From a virus (Duplodnaviria; Caudoviricetes): a stretch of DNA of 64,000 nt. The position numbers and the translations under genes were made by a program. The first letter of the stretch is position 1, and the number at the start of each line of letters is the position of its first letter. Of the stretch, positions 39,198 through 48,700 are shown piece by piece. Below the pieces are notes generated by a model, which saw only the letters and a program-made list of their open reading frames with translations, was not told the DNA's origin and did not search any database. The DNA is taken from IMG/VR virus record IMGVR_UViG_3300034062_005626. The stretch is one strand, 5' to 3'.

Positions 39198-39791
39198 TTA
39201 ACCACAAGGACCGATGGGTTCCCATGACCAAACTCTTCCATCCATATACCACCTATATATCATTGTCCCATCAACATAAAATCCTTCAGGGGCATAATTA
39301 CCACCACATCCACCATAAGGGTATAGTAAATTATTTGTAGAATCGAAACTATAAAACGATGCACTTCCATTACATGCAACGTCAAGGAACTTCCCATAGG
39401 AAAGGGACTTGTCATCACAAGTAGGGGTCGGTGTACAACTACCAAAAAATGACCAAGTCCATCCCATAGTAGTCTCTTGCCAATTATATATATTACCAAA
39501 AGTATCAACATAAAATCCCTCTGGCGCATAATTTAATACGTCGTCACAATAACCAAACTGAAACAATTGTTGAGTTGTCATATTAAAACTATAAAGACCT
39601 GACGATTCAGAACAAGCAATTCCGGGTATTGGCCCAAACTGATAACTTAAATCAACACACGATGTTGGGTCACTTCCAGGCCATCCGGGTATTTCTCTTG
39701 TATCTATTCCTCCTATATATTTTATACTTGAGGATGTAATTCCACCTATTTTAGTAATTAATTCAACATTTACGCCTGATACTGTTCCCAT
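39198..39791 (-). CDS. fibre-associated protein with two tandem Cys/aromatic repeats
   Basis: Two about 60-aa units each with NYAPEGFYVD and W-x-W..G-x-C. Confidence 0.65.
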   Translation of the reverse strand: MGTVSGVNVELITKIGGITSSSIKYIGGIDTREIPGWPGSDPTSCVDLSYQFGPIPGIACSESSGLYSFNMTTQQLFQFGYCDDVLNYAPEGFYVDTFGNIYNWQETTMGWTWSFFGSCTPTPTCDDKSLSYGKFLDVACNGSASFYSFDSTNNLLYPYGGCGGNYAPEGFYVDGTMIYRWYMDGRVWSWEPIGPCG

Positions 39792-39795
39792 GTTA

Positions 39796-42700
39796 TTATA
39801 TTTCTACCCAAGTATTATCAGGATTGAAATAAATTGTTTCAGTAGTCCCATCTAAACTATACCCTATGATTCTTATTATATCACCAGTTCCTGAAGGTGC
39901 TGTTGTTGTTATACCACCCGTGCTTGTTGAAACGTATAAAATATCTCCCGTGGTTGTAGAAAATCCTGCATCTCCTGAATTTCTAATATACCCTCTTATT
40001 AACATACCTTTTGACGGTTGCGTATCCAGTGCGAAGGCTAATAATCCTGTTGCTCCTGATGCTGCGTTCGCGTCAGTTGCAACCCAAGCTCCTGAACTAT
40101 TATAATAGTATAAATTACCTGCGGTTGTTGAACCCGTTCCAAAGGTTACTATGTCACCATATCCACTTACGGAAGTTGTTAATTCTGTTGTTGGGTCATG
40201 ATAAAATGAATAATCGCCATTAACATGTAATCTTCTTACGGGTACAATTGTACCGATTCCAACATTGTCAGTTGATGCATCAGCATAAAATAATCCATCT
40301 GTACCTCCTCCTTTAATTTGAAAATGAGATACGGCATTTTGAGTATTATTAAATATTGAAGTTCCCTCGTCTGTAAAAATTGCGTAATTAGTAGTTGCTC
40401 CCGCCGAACTAACTCTAACACCATAATTTTCTAAAGCATCATTTGATACAGAAACATTTAAACCGTATTTAACACTTGTGCTTGGTGATGCAGTACCATT
40501 AACAATAAAACTACCACCCGTTTGAGTATCAGAACCTAATGAATTTGTATTACTATTTGAAACTTTTATACCATTACTGTCACCGGTAGTACCATTAATT
40601 CTTGCTGAAAACGCATCGTTTGATATTGTTCCACCAAATACAGTGACATCATGACCTACAGTAGTATAACAATTACCAAAAACATTAAAAATAGTTCCAG
40701 TTTTACCCCCCACCCCATTTCCGTGGTCCCCAAATACGCTCCCCTCAATACCTAGTTGGTATGACGAATCTTTTAATGAATGATTTGTAATTCTAATACC
40801 TACATTTTCTCCATATATAGTACCATTACCTACTGTGACAACGGACCCGACATTTTCAACCGTTGCATCATATACTAAAATATCATGACCTGTTAAACCA
40901 GAAACAATAGCTTGCCCTTGACCTGTAACTTTTGAAACAGAATATCCAAAACTTTGACTGGTTTGTGTCGATGTAACATGTAATCCAAAAGTGTCGTTTC
41001 CTATTGAATCTAAAATAAATTGATGTCCCTGAACCGCCAATCTTTGAGTTCCTCCGTTGAATATTAAATTATTATCTGAAACTATACCTCCCGCACCATC
41101 TGAGCGTAAAACTTGGTATGTTGACCCACTAACACTTGGCGATGTTCCACTACTTCCTGACGTTCCATTTGTACCACTGGTGCCGTTAGTTCCTGAAGTT
41201 CCATTTGCCCCTGAACTACCTGATGTACCATTTGTTCCTGATGAGCCCGAAGTACCGTTAGTACCTGATGTTCCATTCGTTCCACTTGTTCCATTTGTTC
41301 CCGAACTACCTGATGTTCCGTTAGTTCCGTCTGTACCTGATGTTCCATTAGTACCACTTGAACCCGAGGTTCCATTAGTACCTGATGTACCGTTTGTACC
41401 GCTACTACCGCTTGTTCCGTTGGTTCCACTTGTACCATTAGTTCCACTCGTGCCGTTTGTGCCTGATGTTCCGTTTGTGCCGCTCGAACCTGAAGTGCCG
41501 TTAGTACCTGAGCTTCCACTAGTACCGTTAGTGCCAGATGTTCCGTTAGTACCACTACTTCCTGAAGTTCCATTTGTTCCTGACGTTCCATTTGTTCCCG
41601 ATGTTCCGGCAGCCGTTAATAAATTTGTCCCAACACCCGCAGCACAGGCTGTTATGTCTATAAAGGCACCTCTTGCAGAGCCCCCTTGTTCAAAAAATCT
41701 AACTCTATTTTGCCACACGTCAAAAGTAACTCCAGTACCTGATATTGACGTGTTTGTTGCAGGTTTGTTTAATAATATTTCTCCACCTTCATCACCAGCT
41801 TGATACAATACACTTAATTTTGTACCGTCAAAAGTTAAAAGAGATTCCGCAACTATTGCTCCCGAACCGTTTGAAGTTAATATTTGGTCATTTGACCCTG
41901 GTACTGTTGGTGATGTCCCGCTACTTCCTGATGTACCGTTTGTTCCTGAACTTCCACTCGTTCCGTTTGTCCCGCTCGTTCCATTTGTACCTGAGCTTCC
42001 ACTAGTGCCGTTAGTTCCTGACGAACCACTAGTTCCACTACTACCTGATGTTCCATTTGTACCCGAACTTCCACTAGTACCATTCGTCCCGCTAGTTCCA
42101 TTTGTACCTGAAGTTCCGTTAGTTCCTGATGTGCCATTCGTACCAGATGAACCACTAGTTCCGTTTGTACCACTACTACCGCTAGTTCCGTTAGTACCAC
42201 TAGTTCCGTTAGTACCACTCGAACCTGAAGTCCCATCTGTACCTGAACTACCGCTGGTACCGTTTGTTCCGTTAGTTCCCGATGTCCCATTTGTACCTGA
42301 GGTTCCGTTTGTGCCATTCGTTCCCGATGTACCATTTGTTCCTGACGTTCCATTCGTTCCCGATGTACCATTTGTTCCTGACGTTCCATTTGTTCCCGAT
42401 GTTCCATTTGTTCCGTTTGTACCTGATGTTCCATTCGTTCCTGAGGTTCCATTTGTTCCACTAGTACCGTTTGTTCCATTCGTTCCTGAGGTTCCATTCG
42501 TTCCGCTAGTACCGTTTGTTCCATTCGTTCCGCTAGTACCATTAGTTCCTGAAGTTCCATTGGTTCCGTTAGTGCCTGATGTACCATTCGTACCAGATGA
42601 ACCACTAGTTCCGTTTGTACCACTACTACCACTACTACCACTTGTGCCATTTGTACCGCTAGTTCCGTTTGTCCCTGATGTTCCATCCGTACCTGAACTA

Positions 42701-44805
42701 CCTGAAGTTCCGTTTGTCCCTGAAGACCCCGATGTGCCATTAGTACCATTTGTACCGCTAGTCCCATTTGTTCCTGAAGTTCCGTTGGTCCCACTACTTC
42801 CACTCGTACCATTTGTACCACTTGAACCCGAAGTTCCATTCGTACCGCTAGTACCATTAGTTCCACTCGAACCTGATGTCCCTGAAGAACCACTACTTCC
42901 ATTTGTTCCGTTTGTTCCTGAAGAGCCGCTAGTCCCATTTGTACCACTACTACCACTTGTACCATTTGTACCTGAAGAGCCGTTGGTTCCGTTAGTGCCG
43001 CTACTACCACTGGTCCCATTTGTACCCGATGTACCATTTGTTCCACTACTTCCTGACGTACCATTCGTACCACTAGTTCCATTTGTTCCCGAACTACCTG
43101 AAGTTCCGTTAGTGCCACTTGTTCCAGAAGACCCTGCAGGTCCTGGAGCACCCGCTAAATTAATGTCCCAAGTGGCATACGTACCCGTTCCTGTATTATT
43201 GGTACTTGAGATTACAAATGCCCCCGTAGATGAATTATAGGATGATATTGTACCTTCAAATCTATTGGATAAATTGTGAGCAACAATTACTGTTTGACCC
43301 ACAGTATATGAAAGTCCAGTACCTCCCGTTAAATTAACTGTCGTTGGGTGTACAGTTGGAATAGCTATTGATGTAGTGGATGTTGTTGAATAAATATCCC
43401 CGTCTTGACCGCTAGTGCCGTCAGTTCCTGAAGTACCACTACTTCCTGAAGTCCCGTTTGTTCCTGAACTACCTGAAGTTCCATTTGTCCCGTTTGTTCC
43501 CGAAGTACCATTCGTTCCGGATGAACCCGAAGTGCCGTTAGTACCACTTGTACCATTAGTTCCACTTGTTCCGTTAGTTCCTGATGTTCCATTAGTTCCA
43601 CTTGTACCATTAGTTCCACTTGTACCATTAGTACCGTTGGTTCCACTAGTCCCATTCGTTCCTGAAGTTCCGTTTGTGCCTGAGGAACCACTAGTACCAT
43701 TTGTTCCATTTGTCCCTGAAGACCCTGATGTTCCGTTAGTACCACTTGAACCGTTTGTCCCTGAAGAACCACTAGTTCCATTTGTACCACTAGAACCTGA
43801 AGAGCCGTCCGTTCCACTTGAACCCGAGGTTCCATTAGTGCCTGAAGACCCACTTGTTCCACTTGAACCTGAAGAACCGTTTGTTCCATTAGTACCGCTT
43901 GAACCCGATGTTCCATTTGTGCCCGATGTTCCATTTGTTCCCGATGTTCCATTTGTGCCCGATGTTCCATTAGTACCCGATGTTCCGTTAGTTCCGCTTG
44001 AACCCGATGTTCCGTTAGTACCCGATGTTCCGTTAGTTCCGCTTGAACCAGATGTCCCATTAGTACCTGAAGAACCACTAGTTCCATTAGTACCTGACGT
44101 TCCATTAGTTCCGCTACTACCACTTGAACCATCCGTACCATCGACTCCCGATATTCCACTTGTACCGTTTGTTCCTGATGTCCCACTACTACCTGAAGTG
44201 CCAGAACCTCCACCCGTAGTAAACCCTGTCACACTCACAGTTTGACCATCAGTTCTTGTTAGTTGTAAAGTTGTTGTTCCTGAATTATAGGTTCCACCTG
44301 TAACATATATGTCGGTAAATCCTGTTAAAAATCCATTAACATTAAAAGTCCCTCCTGTATTGTTTGTAAATGTTGCAACACCATTATTTGGATTATATGT
44401 TCCTCCTGTTACAAATATTTCTGGAGGTAATCCTAAATATGTTGACGCAGATATTGTAAATGCACTTAAAGATTGTGTGAATAATGTATTTCCACTCACA
44501 GTTCCACCACTTAATGGTAGATATTCACCTGTGGCTGAACCACTATTAAAAATACTCCAATCAGTTATAGTATTTGACCATGGAGCGACATTTAACTTAT
44601 AATAAGTTGTACCACCACTCACACCAACTACCATCCCCGCTCTTCTTCTTAAAGTTGGTATAGCGTTTAAATCACTTATAGTATTGACGTTTCTTAAACC
44701 ATCAATACCATAAATTGGGTCAATTACCGGATATACATCACTAGTGTCGCTTGGGGATATAAACCCAAAAACTTCAACACCACCTGATAGACTAAATGAA
44801 CTCAT
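39796..44805 (-). CDS. giant collagen-like (Gly-X-Y) fibre protein, 1669 aa
   Basis: N-terminal IPTLRRRAGMVV motif common in phage fibres; three Gly-X-Y tracts of GTN/GTS/GSS; beta-rich C-terminus. Confidence 0.8.
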   Translation of the reverse strand: MSSFSLSGGVEVFGFISPSDTSDVYPVIDPIYGIDGLRNVNTISDLNAIPTLRRRAGMVVGVSGGTTYYKLNVAPWSNTITDWSIFNSGSATGEYLPLSGGTVSGNTLFTQSLSAFTISASTYLGLPPEIFVTGGTYNPNNGVATFTNNTGGTFNVNGFLTGFTDIYVTGGTYNSGTTTLQLTRTDGQTVSVTGFTTGGGSGTSGSSGTSGTNGTSGISGVDGTDGSSGSSGTNGTSGTNGTSGSSGTNGTSGSSGTNGTSGTNGTSGSSGTNGTSGTNGTSGTNGTSGTNGTSGTNGTSGSSGTNGTNGSSGSSGTSGSSGTNGTSGSSGTDGSSGSSGTNGTSGSSGTNGSSGTNGTSGSSGTNGTNGTSGSSGTNGTSGTNGTSGTNGTNGTSGTNGTSGTNGTSGTNGTSGTNGTSGTNGTSGSSGTNGTSGTNGTNGTSGSSGTNGTSGSSGTSGTDGTSGQDGDIYSTTSTTSIAIPTVHPTTVNLTGGTGLSYTVGQTVIVAHNLSNRFEGTISSYNSSTGAFVISSTNNTGTGTYATWDINLAGAPGPAGSSGTSGTNGTSGSSGTNGTSGTNGTSGSSGTNGTSGTNGTSGSSGTNGTNGSSGTNGTSGSSGTNGTSGSSGTNGTNGSSGSSGTSGSSGTNGTSGTNGTSGSSGTNGTSGSSGTNGTSGTNGTSGTNGTNGTSGSSGTNGTSGSSGTDGTSGTNGTSGTNGTSGSSGSSGTNGTSGSSGTNGTSGTNGTNGTSGTNGTSGTNGTNGTSGTNGTSGTNGTNGTSGTNGTSGTNGTSGTNGTNGTSGTNGTSGTNGTSGTNGTSGTNGTSGTNGTNGTSGTNGTSGTNGTNGTSGSSGTDGTSGSSGTNGTSGTNGTSGSSGTNGTSGSSGTNGTSGTNGTSGTNGTSGTNGTSGSSGTNGTSGSSGTSGSSGTNGTSGSSGTNGTSGTNGTSGSSGTNGTSGSSGTSPTVPGSNDQILTSNGSGAIVAESLLTFDGTKLSVLYQAGDEGGEILLNKPATNTSISGTGVTFDVWQNRVRFFEQGGSARGAFIDITACAAGVGTNLLTAAGTSGTNGTSGTNGTSGSSGTNGTSGTNGTSGSSGTNGTSGSSGTNGTSGTNGTSGTNGTSGTNGTSGSSGTNGTSGTNGTSGSSGTNGTSGTDGTNGTSGSSGTNGTSGTNGTSGTNGTSGSSGTNGTSGSSGANGTSGTNGTSGTNGTSGSSGTSPSVSGSTYQVLRSDGAGGIVSDNNLIFNGGTQRLAVQGHQFILDSIGNDTFGLHVTSTQTSQSFGYSVSKVTGQGQAIVSGLTGHDILVYDATVENVGSVVTVGNGTIYGENVGIRITNHSLKDSSYQLGIEGSVFGDHGNGVGGKTGTIFNVFGNCYTTVGHDVTVFGGTISNDAFSARINGTTGDSNGIKVSNSNTNSLGSDTQTGGSFIVNGTASPSTSVKYGLNVSVSNDALENYGVRVSSAGATTNYAIFTDEGTSIFNNTQNAVSHFQIKGGGTDGLFYADASTDNVGIGTIVPVRRLHVNGDYSFYHDPTTELTTSVSGYGDIVTFGTGSTTAGNLYYYNSSGAWVATDANAASGATGLLAFALDTQPSKGMLIRGYIRNSGDAGFSTTTGDILYVSTSTGGITTTAPSGTGDIIRIIGYSLDGTTETIYFNPDNTWVEI
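41140..41607 (-). repeat. Gly-X-Y tract 3 (GTN/GTS/GSS)
   Basis: Gly at every third residue; 9-bp periodicity with varied wobble bases. Confidence 0.9.
41911..43153 (-). repeat. Gly-X-Y tract 2 (GTN/GTS/GSS)
   Basis: About 410 residues, uninterrupted triplets beginning GAPGPAGSS. Confidence 0.9.
43399..44205 (-). repeat. Gly-X-Y tract 1 (GTN/GTS/GSS)
   Basis: About 270 residues of triplets. Confidence 0.9.
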
Positions 44806-44806
44806 A

Positions 44807-45577
44807 TTAACTACACATCCATATATTCAAATTACTTGCGGCTTGATAGAATGTTCTATAAATATTGTAAACCACAGGGAATCCGTTTAAATCGTTTATT
44901 GTCACTTGTCCTATGTTATTCATAGGTACTACTAATCCATCACAACCATTCGTACTTGAAACAAATCCTGACGGTTGTTGTAATGAAGTAGGAATCAATA
45001 TATAACTATATGCAGAACCAAAACCAATACTTACGTAGTTGTTAATTGCTGGTGAAAGATATATAAATGTTAAATTACTAACCACCTGACCACTCGTCAC
45101 AGTAGTACCTGTAAATTTACCATAGTAAACACCCAAAGGTAATGGTGTAGGACTTGGTGTAGGAGTCGGTGTCGGTGTAGGTGTTGGAGTAGGTGTTGGA
45201 ACAATTACAGGTATTGTTCTTGGACCACAACAAAAATCAGTATTTGATATAGATTCTGTAATATTAATATAAAGTCTTTCTTTCAATGGTATTTGAATTG
45301 ACCCTTGACTATTTGTTACAAAAAAAGACCCTTCGTATCTTCCAACATCACTTGTGTTTCTTTTTGTAAATTGATAATATATCATTTCGTTTGTAGAATC
45401 ATAAGTACAATTACCTCTTGCAACTTTATAAATACCCGTTTCTTCATTGGTCATGTAAAACAAAATGGTGGAGCCACTCAAAGAAGAATCTTTAAGATTA
45501 AAACTTGTCCTTCCATTTTTGAAAATATCAAGACCTAAAACAGGTAAGGTTGCATTTTTTCTGATAAAAAACTCCAT
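44807..45577 (-). CDS. BppU-N-like virion protein with (PT)n linker (start moved to 45577)
   Basis: FFIRKNATLP..., YQFTKRNTSDVGRYEGSF resemble BppU N-terminal domain; PTPTPTPTPTPTPSPTP linker. Confidence 0.6.
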   Translation of the reverse strand: MEFFIRKNATLPVLGLDIFKNGRTSFNLKDSSLSGSTILFYMTNEETGIYKVARGNCTYDSTNEMIYYQFTKRNTSDVGRYEGSFFVTNSQGSIQIPLKERLYINITESISNTDFCCGPRTIPVIVPTPTPTPTPTPTPTPSPTPLPLGVYYGKFTGTTVTSGQVVSNLTFIYLSPAINNYVSIGFGSAYSYILIPTSLQQPSGFVSSTNGCDGLVVPMNNIGQVTINDLNGFPVVYNIYRTFYQAASNLNIWMCS

Positions 45578-45601
45578 ATTGATAAATAGTCCATACAAGA
45601 A

Positions 45602-45623
45602 AAGGTGTCCTCTCGGACACCTT
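45602..45623 (-). terminator. intrinsic terminator hairpin
   Basis: AAGGTGTCC-TCTC-GGACACCTT (GAGA loop on minus strand) followed by T-tract on minus strand. Confidence 0.7.
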
Positions 45624-45730
45624 CCTTAGATACGAAACACCCCCTTTTCTTTAAAAGTTTATGAAATCCATTTCTATTTAGATTTCTAATTGTTGTTTTT
45701 ATTTGATTGTGACAACAAACACAATATTTT

Positions 45731-48700
45731 TTAAAAGAATGTATTCATTACATTTAAGAATGAATCCTGAACAATTAAACTATCGTATCCTAGTTCAATC
45801 ATTTTATTTTTTTCTGTCTGTAATTCTCTTATAAATTTTATATCTGAAATATTATTTTGACTTATTAAAGATTCAATAATAAAATCAAATCTTTTTTCAA
45901 CTAATCTTTTTTCAACTAACATACTTGATTTCATTTCTTTTTGTTCTTTGATAATATTTTTAATTCTATTGTCTAAATTTGTTGTTCTACTATAAATATT
46001 TTCATTTTCATTAACTTGCAAAGTTATTTCCATAAATTCTATTGATGGTGAAACATTTGTTAATTGTTTTATGTAATCCAAACTTTTTCTAGATAATTTA
46101 TTTCTAAGTGTGGTATGACAACCAACAATTTTTTGTTTGTCTTTTTTTAATTGTGTTTTATCTATTGAGTCAGCAGAAATAGTTTTTCTATATAATGACA
46201 CATAAGTTTGATAATATTGTTCAATTATATTTTCACAACTTTTTAAATCAGAAAGTTTTTTTGGTTCTTTTTCAGGTCCAATTTTTGTTAATTCAAACTC
46301 AAAATTATTATTTTCCTTATTTGAAACTAATTTCAATCTTTCTGTTTTTAATTCATACCCATCTTTTTCAAGGGTAATAAAAACAATTTTATTATTTTCA
46401 GGTTCAGATTTTCTGTTTAATCCTCTTTTTATTTTTCCACCCTGAAAAGGTATTACACCCTCTATTGATTTTTTTGGGTTGTTTCTATCTTCAATGATTG
46501 CAAATTCCACACCATCGATTGTTTTATTATCTTGGTCAACAACTTTAAGTAAATTGAATTTAAAAAATGCGTCATTTTTGTCAAGTTTGATATAAAATTC
46601 ATTTTCACCTCTTTTTTTAATTTTTAATTTACCTTTTTCTGTGTCATACCCTTCATTTGATATTTCGTAATAAACTTCCGATGTTTCAAAATTTCTTGGT
46701 CTTCTGTCTAATTTAATAAAGTCCTCTACAGACCCTTTACCTGAAGTTAAAAGTTCTTTTTTACTACTATCTGAATAAACCATAATACTAGCATCAGACA
46801 AAGGCATATTATTTTCTGAGTCAGACGCAAGTATTGAGTATTGAAATTGTGTATTGATTGATACTTCAAAAATATTTGACGAAGACATGTCGTAAGAATC
46901 TGTTTTTATTCTACTTACTATTTTTTTTTCTTTTTTTCCATTGAATACACAAAGTTCAAATTCTTTTGGGGTTCCCTTTTTACCTTTAAAACTTGCAACA
47001 ATCTGAACTTTTGTTTTTTCTTCACAAGGTAAATCTTTATTTTTTTTAAATTTATCGTTATAAGGTATTACAAAATTTGATAATTTTCCATTATTGTCGG
47101 TTTTACTTCTTGCTATTATTTCATTGCCAATTAAAAAAGATACGTCAGCGTTAGAAATATTTTCACCATCTTCATCTAAAACTGTTACATCAACAACACA
47201 CACCTGTTCAGTTTTAACTATTCTTTTTGTTGCGACCTCCTTTTTATCTAAAGATTTAAACTTATAATTTTTTTGAATTTTTGTGTTTGAAGTTATTTCT
47301 AAATTTTCTGTTTCCGTTGAACCGTAGTCCATGTGAAAAAATTTTAATTTATACGAACCAATAGGTACGTTTAGAATTTCATAGTTCCCTTCACCATCAG
47401 AAATAGCCCCATAACTTTTACCTGCGGTTGATAATGTTACTTTTGCACCTGATAGAGGATTATCGGTTGAGTCTGTAATTTTACCAAAAACTGTTGCAGA
47501 ATTGTCATCCTCATTTAGATAATATTTTTCAAAATATTCCTTCATAAATAATTTTTTATCAGATAGAATTATAGTTACTTCTTTATCTTGATTGTCCATT
47601 TTGAAATTATAATTTTTCAATGATGAAAATTTATTATTGGTGTCAACTGTCAACAAATAATCACCTAATTCTATATTTTCAAATTCAAAATTTCCTTCGT
47701 AGTCAGATTCTGTTTTATAAGTTATATTTTTAATTGTTTTGTGTTGTAAAGTTATTTTAGCCGTTGTTGGTTTTAATTTATTAGCAATAGTAAGAGTTGA
47801 TAGTGTTTCATTATCAACAATATCTTTTAAACCATCAACAACTTTTGAATCTTTATTTTTTGATAATGTTGCTTTCACAAAACCTGTTAATGTTCCTGAT
47901 TTTAAAATTCCTTTGGTTCTATTTTGATTTGTCAAATCAGAATACACGTCAGTTACTCTTGGTCGTTCTGAGTTGTACTTTACCAAATCTTCTATTGTGT
48001 CAGTTTTTGTTTTTACTTTGTAAGTAGATTTTAACGAATCTTTTGAAATGGTTTCAAATTCACCATCGTAAACCGAACCATTTGCAAAAGTCATTTTTCC
48101 AATACCATCTATTTTTCCATCATAAAATTCTCCTTCATACACATCGCCATTTTCAAATGTAATTTTTCCTTCACCTTCAGGTTTTCCATTATCGAATGAA
48201 CCTTCGTATGTAAATGTGTCGTCATGAAAATTTGGTCTAAATGGTGATACGTAAATTTTACCAGCGGATTCCGATGAAATGTTATGTAATTTACCTTTAC
48301 CTTGGGGTTTACCATTTTCTACCTCACCTTCATAGTACCCTTCATCATTATCTATGATTGTTTTTCCTGAATCGGTTTGTGTTAATGGTTCTTCGTTGTT
48401 TGGGGTTTCAATCCATTCATTATCCTTAAAATAATAAACATAACCCGAACTATCTGTTTTTGTACCGGTAAAATGATTATCTTCATCCCATGTCCCTTCT
48501 AGAACCTCACCGTCGGGCCTAATAATTTTACCTGACAAAAAACGATTATTTTCATCAAAAATACCATCTTCAACCGCATTTGAACTTTTGTAAGTCCTTT
48601 GACCTTTATAAAGGTATTCATTTCCAAATTTATTAAGTTTAAAGTCACCTTGTTCTATACCAGAACCATTTTCTTTCTTACCTAATATAAGTTTACCATT

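Noticed and set aside
41057-44245. Long plus-strand Val/Pro-rich ORFs (41057..41803, 42005..43240, 43415..44245) and minus-strand alternate-frame ORFs (41082..41591, 41877..43151, 43365..44213)
   Set aside because: Shadows of the Gly/Thr/Ser/Asn repeat, whose codons rarely create stops in other frames; no start context or promoter.
39796-44805. Ice-nucleation protein or diversity-generating retroelement target
   Set aside because: Period is 3 residues, not the 8/16/48-residue InaZ repeat. No reverse transcriptase or adenine-specific TR/VR pair was seen.
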